Origin: Eledone cirrhosa | Lineage: Eukaryota | Assembly (NCBI GenBank): GCA_964016885.1 | Contig: OZ024741.1 | Location: 185,690,001-185,754,000, forward strand | Direction of reading: 5' to 3' | Length of the DNA stretch: 64,000 nucleotides | Part shown: one piece after another, positions 54,166 to 64,000 of the stretch | How positions within the stretch are numbered: position 1 is the first letter of the stretch | Layout: the number at the start of each line of letters is the position of its first letter | The notes under the pieces: generated by a model | Told to the model about the DNA's origin: nothing | Databases searched by the model: none | The model's input: only the letters and a program-made list of their open reading frames with translations | Made by a program: the position numbers and the translations under genes

Positions 54166-56150
54166 ATGGCTGCGCCACGCCCCCAGCGATATGTCTGCTG
54201 TCGTGCAACAACGACGTAGAAGTTGAGAGGAGCGCTACAGCGAAATTAACACAAATTGATAACACAAACACCACCACAAACAATGTAAATAGAGACACCA
54301 ATGATACCAATGAGAACTCTAATTTTGAAAAAAAATGACAGTAACAGCGACAACGAAAATACAGATAACAAAAAAAAAATAACAGGTGCAACAACAATAT
54401 CAACACCACTAACATGAAAACAAATAGCGACAACACCAACAGCAACAATACCAACTGCACCGAGAACAACGGTGGCAACAAAGACAACAATGATAATAGC
54501 GACAGTACTAACAACAACACCAACAAGAACAACGACAACGACAACAACAGCCCCAACTAAAACAAAAAGAACACTTTCGCTGTGGCAGCAGCAAAATAGA
54601 GGCCATGCTTCAACATGGACCTCTCAAAAAAAGATGAAAATTTGGCCCAGGCATGGAAACTCATCAAGCAAGAGCAAATCTGGGCCAACTTAACTGTCCC
54701 GGTAGAAGCTATTGAGGCAGTGGAGCGCAGAACGGTGCATTATAGATGCATCTCAGCACAAACCAAAAGGGCAGCTTTAATCCCACAAGAAGATGTCGAA
54801 GTCGCGCTGAGGTGCATCAGAGAAGACACCGAATACATAGAGAGGCGCAGACAGTACGGCACCATTTCGGTGTTGTTCAAGTCAGAATCCCTCGCCATGA
54901 AACACGCTATGACTCCTTGCAAAACCAGCAATGTCATAATGTACCCTTCCCACATGGGAAAAAGAACGGCCCCTCTCCGCATTCCCAGAATCCCACCAGG
55001 ACTTGACATGTGGTGGTTTCTGGGATGTGTGATTGTGAGGGGACGGATACTGTCCCTCTAGAAGTGACCAGAACGGCCAGAGAGGACTGGTCCGTGGTTG
55101 ACCTGGAGATCTTTCTCCAGATCAGGCCCGAGAATGTGAAGAAAATCCCGGACCACATCCGCCTTCAGAATGGGACGGTCATTCACATTATGACCGAAGG
55201 CAAAAGGCCGCAGTGTTTTGTTTGTGGGGTAAAAACCCATTTGCGAGCCTTCTGCCCTTAACTGCTGAAAGAGGCAAGGGGTCGAAAGAGTCCACTGCTG
55301 CCGACGCCGGGGCGAGGACCACAACCAACACCAGCACCGCCAAAACTACCAACAACAACACCAATAGAAAGACCACCACCAACATTGACCACCCAGGGGG
55401 GAAACGAGGAAAGATGTCAAATTCCCCCTCCCCTCCAAAAAAATACACACACCAATAAAACCATAAACATACATACAGACACACTTACAGACACAGACCC
55501 CTCATCTACCAGTAGTGAAGATGAGGGAAAACCAAAATCCCCCAAAATACAAAAAGGGAAACAAAAAGAAAAAAAAACTCAACAAACCAAAAAATCACCC
55601 ACACTAAAAAACGCAGACACCACCCACGCAAACATCTCTCCAATAACACCAACATCAACACCACCATCACCATCACCAGAATCCTCCAAACGCAAACAGC
55701 CTAAACAGACGCAAGAACAAATATACACACAAACATCTGAAACCACAGACACCGCATTCACAACAAACACAGACACAACCGAAACAACACCACCAAAACC
55801 ATCACAACCACAGCCACGCAAACAAATAAAATGACACTAACAAAACATACAAAACTTCGTGCTCGTCAGGAGGGCCAACAAGGAACTGATGGCCCTCGTA
55901 GCACGAAGTGAAAATATAGAAAAAGAGGGGGACATTTTTAAATCGAGCACATTTCGCGTGCCGGAAGATTTGGTTCTGGTGCGAAGTCGATCGAATTATA
56001 CAAAGAAATACGAGACAGCTTTCCTCGGGACGTGGGAACCCCGAACGTAAAACCAACTTCAAGACTTTTAAATGGGTTCGCAAAAGAAACCCCACCAACT
56101 ATGAAGGTCGAACAACCCGACCTTCACAAGAGCCCGGAAGGTAAGTAAAC
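54166..56150 (+). pseudogene. Tx1 ORF1 (Asn/Thr-rich, zinc knuckle), disrupted
   Basis: ATG at 54166; CFVCGVKTHLRAFC; several stops and frameshifts; end approximate. Confidence 0.75.
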
Positions 56151-56180
56151 CTTCCCTCTCTCACTTTTTAACCTGCCAAC

Positions 56181-59100
56181 ATGGCCGTATTAAGAGTAGG
56201 ATGTTTAAATGTTCGAGGTCTGGGATCGTCCTGAAAGCAGGGTCACCTCCTCAATGACCTCAGGTCTCTAGAAATGGATGTAATTGCCGTCAGCGAGACC
56301 AGGATTTCCATCACGCGCGCACTAGCCACCATTTTCGACGACTATCAGATATTTGTATCTGTTAGCCGGTCGGGAATGGGAGGCGGGGTTGCAGTGCTGT
56401 TTAGGAAAGGCCTGGATCTTGAGGTGAGGTCGATCTTCTGGGACCCGGACGGGAAATTGGTGGTCCTGGACGTGAACAATAACGAAGGTGGTGCCTTTAG
56501 ACTGGTTGCCGTCTATGCTCCTACTGGGGCAGGACGGCCGGACTTCTTTAGACGCCTGGAAGCCTTTCTGGGCACGTCTCGCCCTTTACTGTTAACGGGG
56601 GATTGGAACGGCATCTTAGACGCACGCTGGGACTGTATGGGAGTATCCGATAAGAGCGGGGGGTGAAAAAGCCTCAAGAACCTGATCAGCCAGTTCCAAC
56701 TGTCTGACAGGTACCGACTAGATTTCCCTAATGTACCAGTGTGGACCTGGGCTATTCGCATAGGGTCATCAAGATCGTATATAGACAGGATATTCATTAG
56801 GAAAATAGGCAGAAATAGTGTAAGCTGTCCACGTTTTGAAACGGTCGCCTATTCAGATCACAAGTTTGTGATCTGTATGGTCGACCTAAATTACACGCGT
56901 AGGTGAGGACCTGGTTACTGGAAGCTAAACATGTTATTTCCGGCACGTAAGGCTTACAGGGACCAGGACAACAATTTAGTTAAGAAAAAGTTGATAGGGG
57001 AGTCGTCAACAATAGATGGTGGTGGGCTCTCAAAAGAGAGATTAGAGTAATGTCGATAGAGTTTAGCAAAGAAGTAGCGTTAGAGAAAAATAGAAAGGAG
57101 GGGGAGTTGGTAGATAAGTTATATGAGGCTATTGGTAGTGGCATTGCAACTGACGTGCTAGCGGCGAGAATGGCATTAGACCATTTCTTCAATGCGAAAT
57201 ATGAAGGTTACATTGTCAGAGCTAAGGCACATGCTCTGAGAAACGAGGGAACCAAAGCTGTTCGATGGGCCCGCGTGGCCGAGGCGCAGCGTGATAATAG
57301 ATCTACGATTCGGTCTTTGACGGACCGAGACGGACACGAGCTGAGCGATTCCAAGCGGATGTGTGAATCCTTTCGCCAACATTTTGCTCGGTTGTTCGGG
57401 GGAAGTGGCGGGTCAGAGATGGTGGCGGACTTCAGTCCCTACCTCGATGGCTTGCCGCAACTCTCGACGGCTGACGCTGGACGGCGCTGCGAAAGGCCAA
57501 TTACTTCAGCCGAGATTCAGGATTCCCTAGTCGGCTGCATGAGGCGCAAGTCACCCGGTTTGGATGGTCTGCCCTACGAGCTTTACGTAAATATGCCAGA
57601 CTTGTTCTCCAATCTCCTCGAAGACCTCTACTGAAACTGGCAACAAAACGGGAGTATTCCAAGTTCTGTGAGCCGGGGCATAGTGACGCTGATAAGGAAA
57701 GACGAGAACAAGAGGAACACATTAGACAATTTCAGGCCCATAACTCTGCTCAACACAGAGTTTAAGATTTTGGACAGGGTGTTAGCGAAGAGGTTGGCGC
57801 TTGTCGACGGGGATTTGGTTGGAGAGGCGCAAACTTTCGCAATCCCAACCAGGTCCATACACGACAACCTCCACCTAATGCGATACATCATAGAGAGGGT
57901 AGGGTGTAAACCTGGCTTCGGTGGGTTCTGGTCAATTTAGATCAATCGAAAGCATTCGATAGGGTCGACCATCGGTACCTGGAGGCTGTCCTCAATGTGG
58001 CTGGCTTCGGCCCTGTCTTCAGAAGCTGGATTGCTGCAATGCACAGCGGCACCTGCTGGATGGTCAAAATTAATGGCCACCTCTCGGAACCGTTTCAGAT
58101 CTCCCGATCGGTCTGTCAAGGCTGCCTTCTCTCCTCCCTTCTGTACATATTGACACTCGAGCCTTTACTGCGGAAGCTGGAGCTGTTGCAGGGCATCCCG
58201 CTCGAACCGGGACGCGGAAAGGTTGTGTCGGCTTATGCGGACGACATCATCGTCATGGTGTCGGACACTTCAGAAATCGAGGTGGTCAGCAACTTATTGG
58301 AGGAATATGAAAGATTGACGGGTGCAAAACTTAACCCGGAAAAGTCGGTGGGCTTGCAACTCGGTACCTGGAGAGGCAAGTCCATGCCGTCCAACAGCGT
58401 CGTTAGGCGCTGGACGGACGGACCGGTAAAGTTGCTAGGGATTTGGTTCGGGCCAGACCTCCAGGTGGATAAGAATTGGGACGAGGTGACGGGCGGGGTA
58501 GCCAGTCTCACCCACAAATGGGCTGAAATGAAGCTATCACTGAAAGGTCGGACGGAGGTGGCGAATACGTACATCGCGTCCGTCATCTACTACCGTCTGA
58601 CCGTCATCCCTTGCCCCCGTTCGCGCCTCGCCATTTTGGAGCGGCTCCTTTTCAAATTCTTGTGGAGGGGTCAGGTTCAGCTGGTGAGGCGGTCCATCTG
58701 CTGCCAGAACCCTCTATGTGGAGGGCTGGGCATGCTGTGGCTAATGATGCGTAGACACGCGCTGAGGCTGCGGCATCTCCAATATTCTGCCTAAACGGTG
58801 AACAGATGTGGTCGCCGTTTGTCAGACGGGCCTTTCCGCAGCTCGTTTCTGTGACTGAGCTGCAATCCTGGGTCAAGTAAGACCGAGAATGGAATGTTGC
58901 CAGGCATTCACTGCCCTCTAACAGGCGGGCAATGCGGTCAGTGGAACTTCCACTCTCAAGTTCTATACAGGATTAGTGGTGGGCAAGTGCGACGACGCAC
59001 TCGGAGAGGCTCTGGGAGTCAACGAAGTCGAACTAACCAGTCTGTACCGGAGGACTTTCGAGCCGGGGACGATGGATAATTTCCAAAAATCCCTCGCTTG

Positions 59101-59517
59101 GCAGTGCTACCAGGGTGCACTGCTGGTTCGAGATAAACTCTACAGGCACGGAAGTGCTGTCAGACGGACCTGTCCGAGATGCGCGCAGAGCGACGAAACC
59201 GTTCTGCACGCACTCGTCCAGTGTCCGTGCATTACTGACTTGTGGAGTTATGTTGAACAGCTGTTGTCACGTGTTGGCTATCGGCCAAGTCCTTAGTGAA
59301 GATCGACCCGCCGCCTTCTTTTGGCCAGGAAGGGCAGGCAATTTTCCTCTGTCTGGTGGCAGTAGTGAAAGCAGTTGTATGGTGGACGAGGTTGAAAAGA
59401 CTGAAGACAGACACTTTTCTCTTCGGCCAATCCCTCATCATCTTTTTCAAGTTTCACTTGGAAAGGATGGCGAGAATGGCCCGTGTGAGTGGGCCTACTC
59501 TGGTCATGCAGCTGTAG
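56181..59517 (+). pseudogene. Tx1 ORF2 (APE-RT-Zn finger), disrupted
   Basis: LNVRGL, AVSET, VYAP, GDWN, SDH, KSPGLDGLPYELY, NFRPITLLNTEFKIL, KAFDRV, YADD, CPRC..ETVLHALVQC. Confidence 0.92.
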
Positions 59518-59811
59518 GTAGGTAAATTTGAGGAGGAGAGGGGTTCCCTTCGAGGGTGCTCTCGAAGCGTCGGGTCGTCCAGGATTGGTGGGGTACCTGA
59601 GCGAACCCTGGGTGGTAATTCCTTCTATTGAGGAATTTTTATTTTTGTAATTTTATTGTTACATTATTGTTACTTTGTTATTGTTGCTTTGTTATTGTTA
59701 TTCATATTGTTTACTCGATTTTTCTGTAAAACACAACTGTCCCAGTCTTTTGTATTGTCCCCTATATGTCGGGCCTTGTGGCCAATAAATGAAATCATTA
59801 TTAGTATTATT

Positions 59812-60618
59812 GTTCTTTGAGTCTCAGTCATTGAAGTTATTTAACTGAAAAGTTTGTTGAAACGAATATCAAGCTGCTACCTGCAGCCTCACATATTCAG
59901 GACATATCGGAGGGTTCTTGCTGTTCCCAGCAATCATGCCTTTTGAAGTGTTCCAAAAATCGGGGCGGGACTAATCTTCTTTAACCATCCCTGGAAACTC
60001 CTAGAGATAGTACCTAGAGCGCCTATGACAATCGGGACCACTTTGACTTCATGGCAGTTCCAAATCCTTTTTAACCTCCCACTTTAAGTCCTGGTATCGG
60101 TTAATTTTCTCCCTCTCCTTCTCTTGCACTCTCGTGTTGAGCGGGCAGGCCACATCCACAATCAGGCACGATCTTTTTTCCTTGTACAAAACCACCAAGT
60201 CAGGTCTATTGTGTTCCAGTTTCTTGTCCGTCTGTATCCTAAAATCCCACAGCATCTTCACCTGATCGTTTTCTATCACCGACTCTGGCTTATGCTCATA
60301 CCACTTCTCAGAATGTGGTAAATTGTTTACTTTGCGTAGGTGCCAGTGGATCACCCTGCACATCACATCATGTCTCCAGCCTTTATAGCGAGTCTGGGCT
60401 AGGTGTTTACACTCGGACATAATGTGAGCCACAGTCTCCTCTCTCTCTCCACAGATCCTACACAGTGGGCTAACCTCCTCCTTGTAAATATGGTGTTTCA
60501 GCCACTTCGTTTTGAGGGCCTGCTCTTGCGCAGCCATTAGCATTCCTACTGTAGCCTTTTTGAGGTCTCCTCTTTTCAACCAGTTCCATGTCTGTGGATC
60601 TCTGAATTCCGTTTTCTC
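59812..60618 (-). mobile_element. R4/Dong-type LINE 3' fragment, same family as 52439-53270
   Basis: AAQEQAL..CRICGEREETVAHIMSEC..RHD..NRPD; same 3' terminus ctcaaagaac-(AAT)n. Confidence 0.9.
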
Positions 60619-60619
60619 T

Positions 60620-63600
60620 ATTATTATTATTATTATAGTTGCATTTATCTTGCTTTATGTTCATACGAGTTATCACCAAGTCACAACCAGTGACCCCAAG
60701 AGACAACAACGTCCGCCATGTTCAAGAAAGAACATACATACTCACTCATGCATCTTTAGTGTTTAGACTTGTGATGTACTTATATTGACAGAATCTTCCT
60801 TAGTATATGGGCAGTTCCCATTAGTACTATCTTTTGTATTTCTCCTATACGCGGGTTTCCTGGGATTTGCGATAAGTAATCATTAGACCCCTTAGGTATC
60901 ATTCCCAGAGCGCCTACAACCACTGGTATTGTTTTAGTTCTCAATTTCCACATTTTTCCAATTTCTATCTCCAGCTCCTTATACTTGCTCAATTTTTCAA
61001 ATGTTTTTATAGATACATTCTTGTCTATTGGAACGAACATATCAATTAGCAGGCATACCATCTTTTTAAAGTCCTTCAATATTATATCAGGTCTATTTGC
61101 ATCTATTTTTCGGTCTGTTTGGATGCTAAAGTTCCACAAGATTGAGATTTGATCTTTTTCAAGTGTGGGAGGTGGTTGATGCTCCCACCAATTCCTTTGA
61201 TGGAGCAGGTCAAAATGCTTACACATTATCCAATGTATGTATTGTGCAGCTCTGTCATGCCTGTTTAGGTATTCGGTTGGAGCTATAGGACTGCACATTG
61301 AAATTATATGGTCAATGGTCTCTGGTTGTTTTTTGCATACACGGCATAATGGGCTGCATCCATTTTCTATTATCTTGGCTTGGTAATTTTTTGTTGGCAG
61401 ACACTGATCTTGTGCTGATATAATCAGTCCTTCAGTCTCCGATTTCAGTCCAGAGGATGCCAACCACTGATGGGTTAAAGTTTTGTCAACATCAGGATTG
61501 TTAGCTCGCTCTGGGTATTTTCCATACAGAAGCTTTTCTTGCCATTTCTTAGCCAGTTCCTGTAGCAGTTCTTTCTTTGCAGTTACTTTTACCTGCTTTG
61601 CTTTTTCTGTGTTTTCCATTTCAGCAGTAAATGGGACTTCTGGAATGTGTAGTCCATTACTGTATCTTTGTGCATCTTTTGTAATGGAGTATGATCTTTT
61701 GATGCTTTCGTGTTTCAAAACGAGTTTGATCATCCAATCATGTGATTCCCTTAGATATGTAGATAACCCAATTATTGCAGTTTTCAACGCAATGTCTAAC
61801 TGGATTAACCCACGTCCTCCTTCTTTCCTAGGGAGGTATATTCTATCTGTATCTGCCTCAGGGTGATACATTCTGGGCATGGTTAAGAATTTTCGAATTT
61901 TTGTATCGAGCCTACGGATCTCTGTGCTTGACCAGTTGATGACATTGTAACTGTAGGTTACTACTGGTATGGCAAGCGTGTTTATGGCATCGATCCTATT
62001 CCTTGCATTCAATTCCGTTCTTAAGATTGCTCTTACTCTGCGGTAACATTCCTTCCTTATCCTTTCCCTCATTGTCGAGTGCTTGATTCCGTCTCCTTCA
62101 CAAACACCTAGATATTTGTAAGTTTTTTCTTGATCAAGTTCTCTTATCACGTTCCCCTGATCAAGATTAAATTCTGAACTCTTCAGCAGCTTTCCTCTGG
62201 TGAACGTTGCTTTGGCGCATTTATCTAGTCCAAACTCCATTTTAATGTCATCACTGAACTGCTTCACAGTGGATAATAGCCCTTGCAATTGTTCATCATT
62301 TTTTGCAAATAGTTTCAGGTCATCCATGTAGAACAAGTGATTAATGGTTTTGTCATAGACTCTATATCCATGTTTTGTTTCATTGAGAATTTTACTTAAT
62401 GGTATAAGTGCGATGCAGAATAAAAGCGGTGTTAAAGAGTCACCCTGAAAAATGCCACAATTAATATTAACTTGTCCAGCTTCCAGTGATTTTGTTTCAC
62501 TATTCAAAAGGAGTGTCGTTTTCCATGTCTTCATACTGAATGACAAAAACCTCCTGACAACGGGGGATATTTTGAAAATCTCTAAACATTTTTCAATCCA
62601 ACTGTGTGGCAAACTATCGAATGCTTTTTTATAATCTCTCCAAGCAATTGATAGATTTTTGTGTCTATTATGACAATCTTCCAGTATCATTTTGTTAACC
62701 AAAAGCTGATCCTCACAGCCATATGAGCCTCGCTTACACCCCTTCTGCTCAATGGGAAATAGGTCATTTGTTATCAGGTGGTCATATGTATATTCAGTTA
62801 TGACTGATGTTAAAATTTTATACATTGTGGTCAAGCAAGTTATTGGTCTGTAATTTTTGGGATTGTTTGTATCATCGTTCTTCGGAAGCAGGAATGTAAT
62901 GCTGTTAACTAGCCATGATGGTATCTTTTCTGGCTCCTTAACTATTTCATTGTAAAGTTGGGCTAACAGCTCATGAGACTCTGTGAAGGCATTTATCCAC
63001 AAGTTTTGTATTTTGTCTTTTCCTGGGGATTTCCATTTGCTGGTTTTTCTTAGAGCCAAGCGCAACTGTTCAACTGTTATATTTTCCCATGTTTGTTCCT
63101 CAAGGTGAGCTGTATCTTTCATTTGTCTGTCTATCCATGGGGCATGTATGTTATGAACTTTTTCTTCGGCCCAGATCTTTTCCCAGAATTCTTGCACTTC
63201 CTCCTTGGGTGGTATTGATTTAGCAGTTATTGTTGACTTACCAATTTTTCTGTAGAAGTTTCTTTGGTTGTTATTGAACATATTATTGTCCTCATAGAAT
63301 CTAGATCGTTTTTCAAAGCGCCTTATACGAGCAGCTTTGGCCGACACTTTTTGCTTGATTATTTCTATCAGCATGTCTATGTCACATGTTGATTTTATAC
63401 TGTACTTTTTTTTCAATTTTCTAAGTTTAGTTTGTTTAACATGTTCACCTACTTTATAGTTTGTTAAAATTTCTATGTCAGATCGGAGAAGGTTTATTTG
63501 GCGATTGATGTTCTCTTGCCAAGTAGATTTCTTGTGGAAATTCCTTTGTCTTTTCATCTTCACTCCACATAAGTGAGTGGTGACTTTAGCCGATGCATAA

Positions 63601-64000
63601 TAGAGATGATTTAAATCAGTAATGTTTAGTTTGTTTGTGATGATAATGTTTTTGAGAATTATGTTAGTCTTGTGTATTATCTTTTGGTTCTGTTTGGAGT
63701 TCTGGATCTTAGAGAGGGTATCTCGTTGCCCCATGTCAGAGTCTTTTATTTTCATCCATTCGATCATAATTTGATCCTTCAAGTTGGCAAGTTCATTTTC
63801 ATTCATTTCTTTATCATTTACGATCTCATTATATTCATTTGGAGTTTCATCCTGAGCATGCACTCCCTCCACTTTTTCGATCCTTTCTTTAATTTTTTCT
63901 GTTGCCAGTGATTCCGCCCCAACCCTGGGATTCGAAGTGTTACAGTTTACCTCGTTTTCACTGACACATGTTTCATTTTCCCTTCGCTGACTTTGTGCTA
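60620..64000 (-). mobile_element. R4/Dong-type RLE LINE (second family) with (TAA)n tail; 5' end outside the window
   Basis: Long ORF, ~145-bp 3' UTR, TAA repeats at 60619-60636. Confidence 0.92.
60780..63872 (-). CDS. RT + restriction-like endonuclease polyprotein (1030-aa open frame; true start may be upstream)
   Basis: WKSPGKD, NYRPITCL, DYKKAFDS, GIFQGDSL, YMDD, YKYLG, CRVC..HIISMC, RHD, RPD..ID..KLSKY. Confidence 0.92.
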   Translation of the reverse strand: MEGVHAQDETPNEYNEIVNDKEMNENELANLKDQIMIEWMKIKDSDMGQRDTLSKIQNSKQNQKIIHKTNIILKNIIITNKLNITDLNHLYYASAKVTTHLCGVKMKRQRNFHKKSTWQENINRQINLLRSDIEILTNYKVGEHVKQTKLRKLKKKYSIKSTCDIDMLIEIIKQKVSAKAARIRRFEKRSRFYEDNNMFNNNQRNFYRKIGKSTITAKSIPPKEEVQEFWEKIWAEEKVHNIHAPWIDRQMKDTAHLEEQTWENITVEQLRLALRKTSKWKSPGKDKIQNLWINAFTESHELLAQLYNEIVKEPEKIPSWLVNSITFLLPKNDDTNNPKNYRPITCLTTMYKILTSVITEYTYDHLITNDLFPIEQKGCKRGSYGCEDQLLVNKMILEDCHNRHKNLSIAWRDYKKAFDSLPHSWIEKCLEIFKISPVVRRFLSFSMKTWKTTLLLNSETKSLEAGQVNINCGIFQGDSLTPLLFCIALIPLSKILNETKHGYRVYDKTINHLFYMDDLKLFAKNDEQLQGLLSTVKQFSDDIKMEFGLDKCAKATFTRGKLLKSSEFNLDQGNVIRELDQEKTYKYLGVCEGDGIKHSTMRERIRKECYRRVRAILRTELNARNRIDAINTLAIPVVTYSYNVINWSSTEIRRLDTKIRKFLTMPRMYHPEADTDRIYLPRKEGGRGLIQLDIALKTAIIGLSTYLRESHDWMIKLVLKHESIKRSYSITKDAQRYSNGLHIPEVPFTAEMENTEKAKQVKVTAKKELLQELAKKWQEKLLYGKYPERANNPDVDKTLTHQWLASSGLKSETEGLIISAQDQCLPTKNYQAKIIENGCSPLCRVCKKQPETIDHIISMCSPIAPTEYLNRHDRAAQYIHWIMCKHFDLLHQRNWWEHQPPPTLEKDQISILWNFSIQTDRKIDANRPDIILKDFKKMVCLLIDMFVPIDKNVSIKTFEKLSKYKELEIEIGKMWKLRTKTIPVVVGALGMIPKGSNDYLSQIPGNPRIGEIQKIVLMGTAHILRKILSI

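Larger units (their letters stand above)
53955..59796 (+). mobile_element. Full-length but disrupted Tx1/L1-clade LINE inserted in (ATT)n
   Basis: ORF1 with CCHC knuckle; ORF2 with APE, RT and Zn finger; 3' UTR ending aataaatgaaatc; ATT repeats on both flanks. Confidence 0.92.

Noticed and set aside
56513-63911. ORFs antisense to the LINE coding regions
   Set aside because: Shadow frames of retrotransposon ORFs.

Overview
AT-rich eukaryotic (animal) genomic DNA made almost entirely of microsatellites and transposable-element remains. I found no host protein-coding gene. The dominant SINE resembles an abundant octopus SINE, so an octopod cephalopod is my inference from memory, not a search result. 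Contents: two Tx1/L1-type LINE relics, two RTE relics, an internally deleted Helitron with both ends, several R4/Dong-type RLE LINEs (one with an uninterrupted 1030-aa ORF), a CRE-like fragment, about 12 copies of one tRNA-derived SINE, and many Naiad-type Penelope-like elements (PLEs). The most striking signal is about ten head-to-head inverted (fold-back) inserts sitting in (TA)n arrays. Several carry a type I hammerhead ribozyme in each arm (10 clear motifs, 4 sequence families), always with the ribozyme-sense 3' end pointing out into the TA tract. One is a 422-bp spacerless palindrome that folds back at a short palindrome already present in the parent element. Also notable: a pre-tRNA-Gly/SINE chimera with an 11-bp TSD, a 3' tail shared by the SINE and the Tx1 LINE, and a (TAA)n hotspot with stacked LINE insertions and a ~280-bp duplication. 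All alignments and identities were judged by eye.
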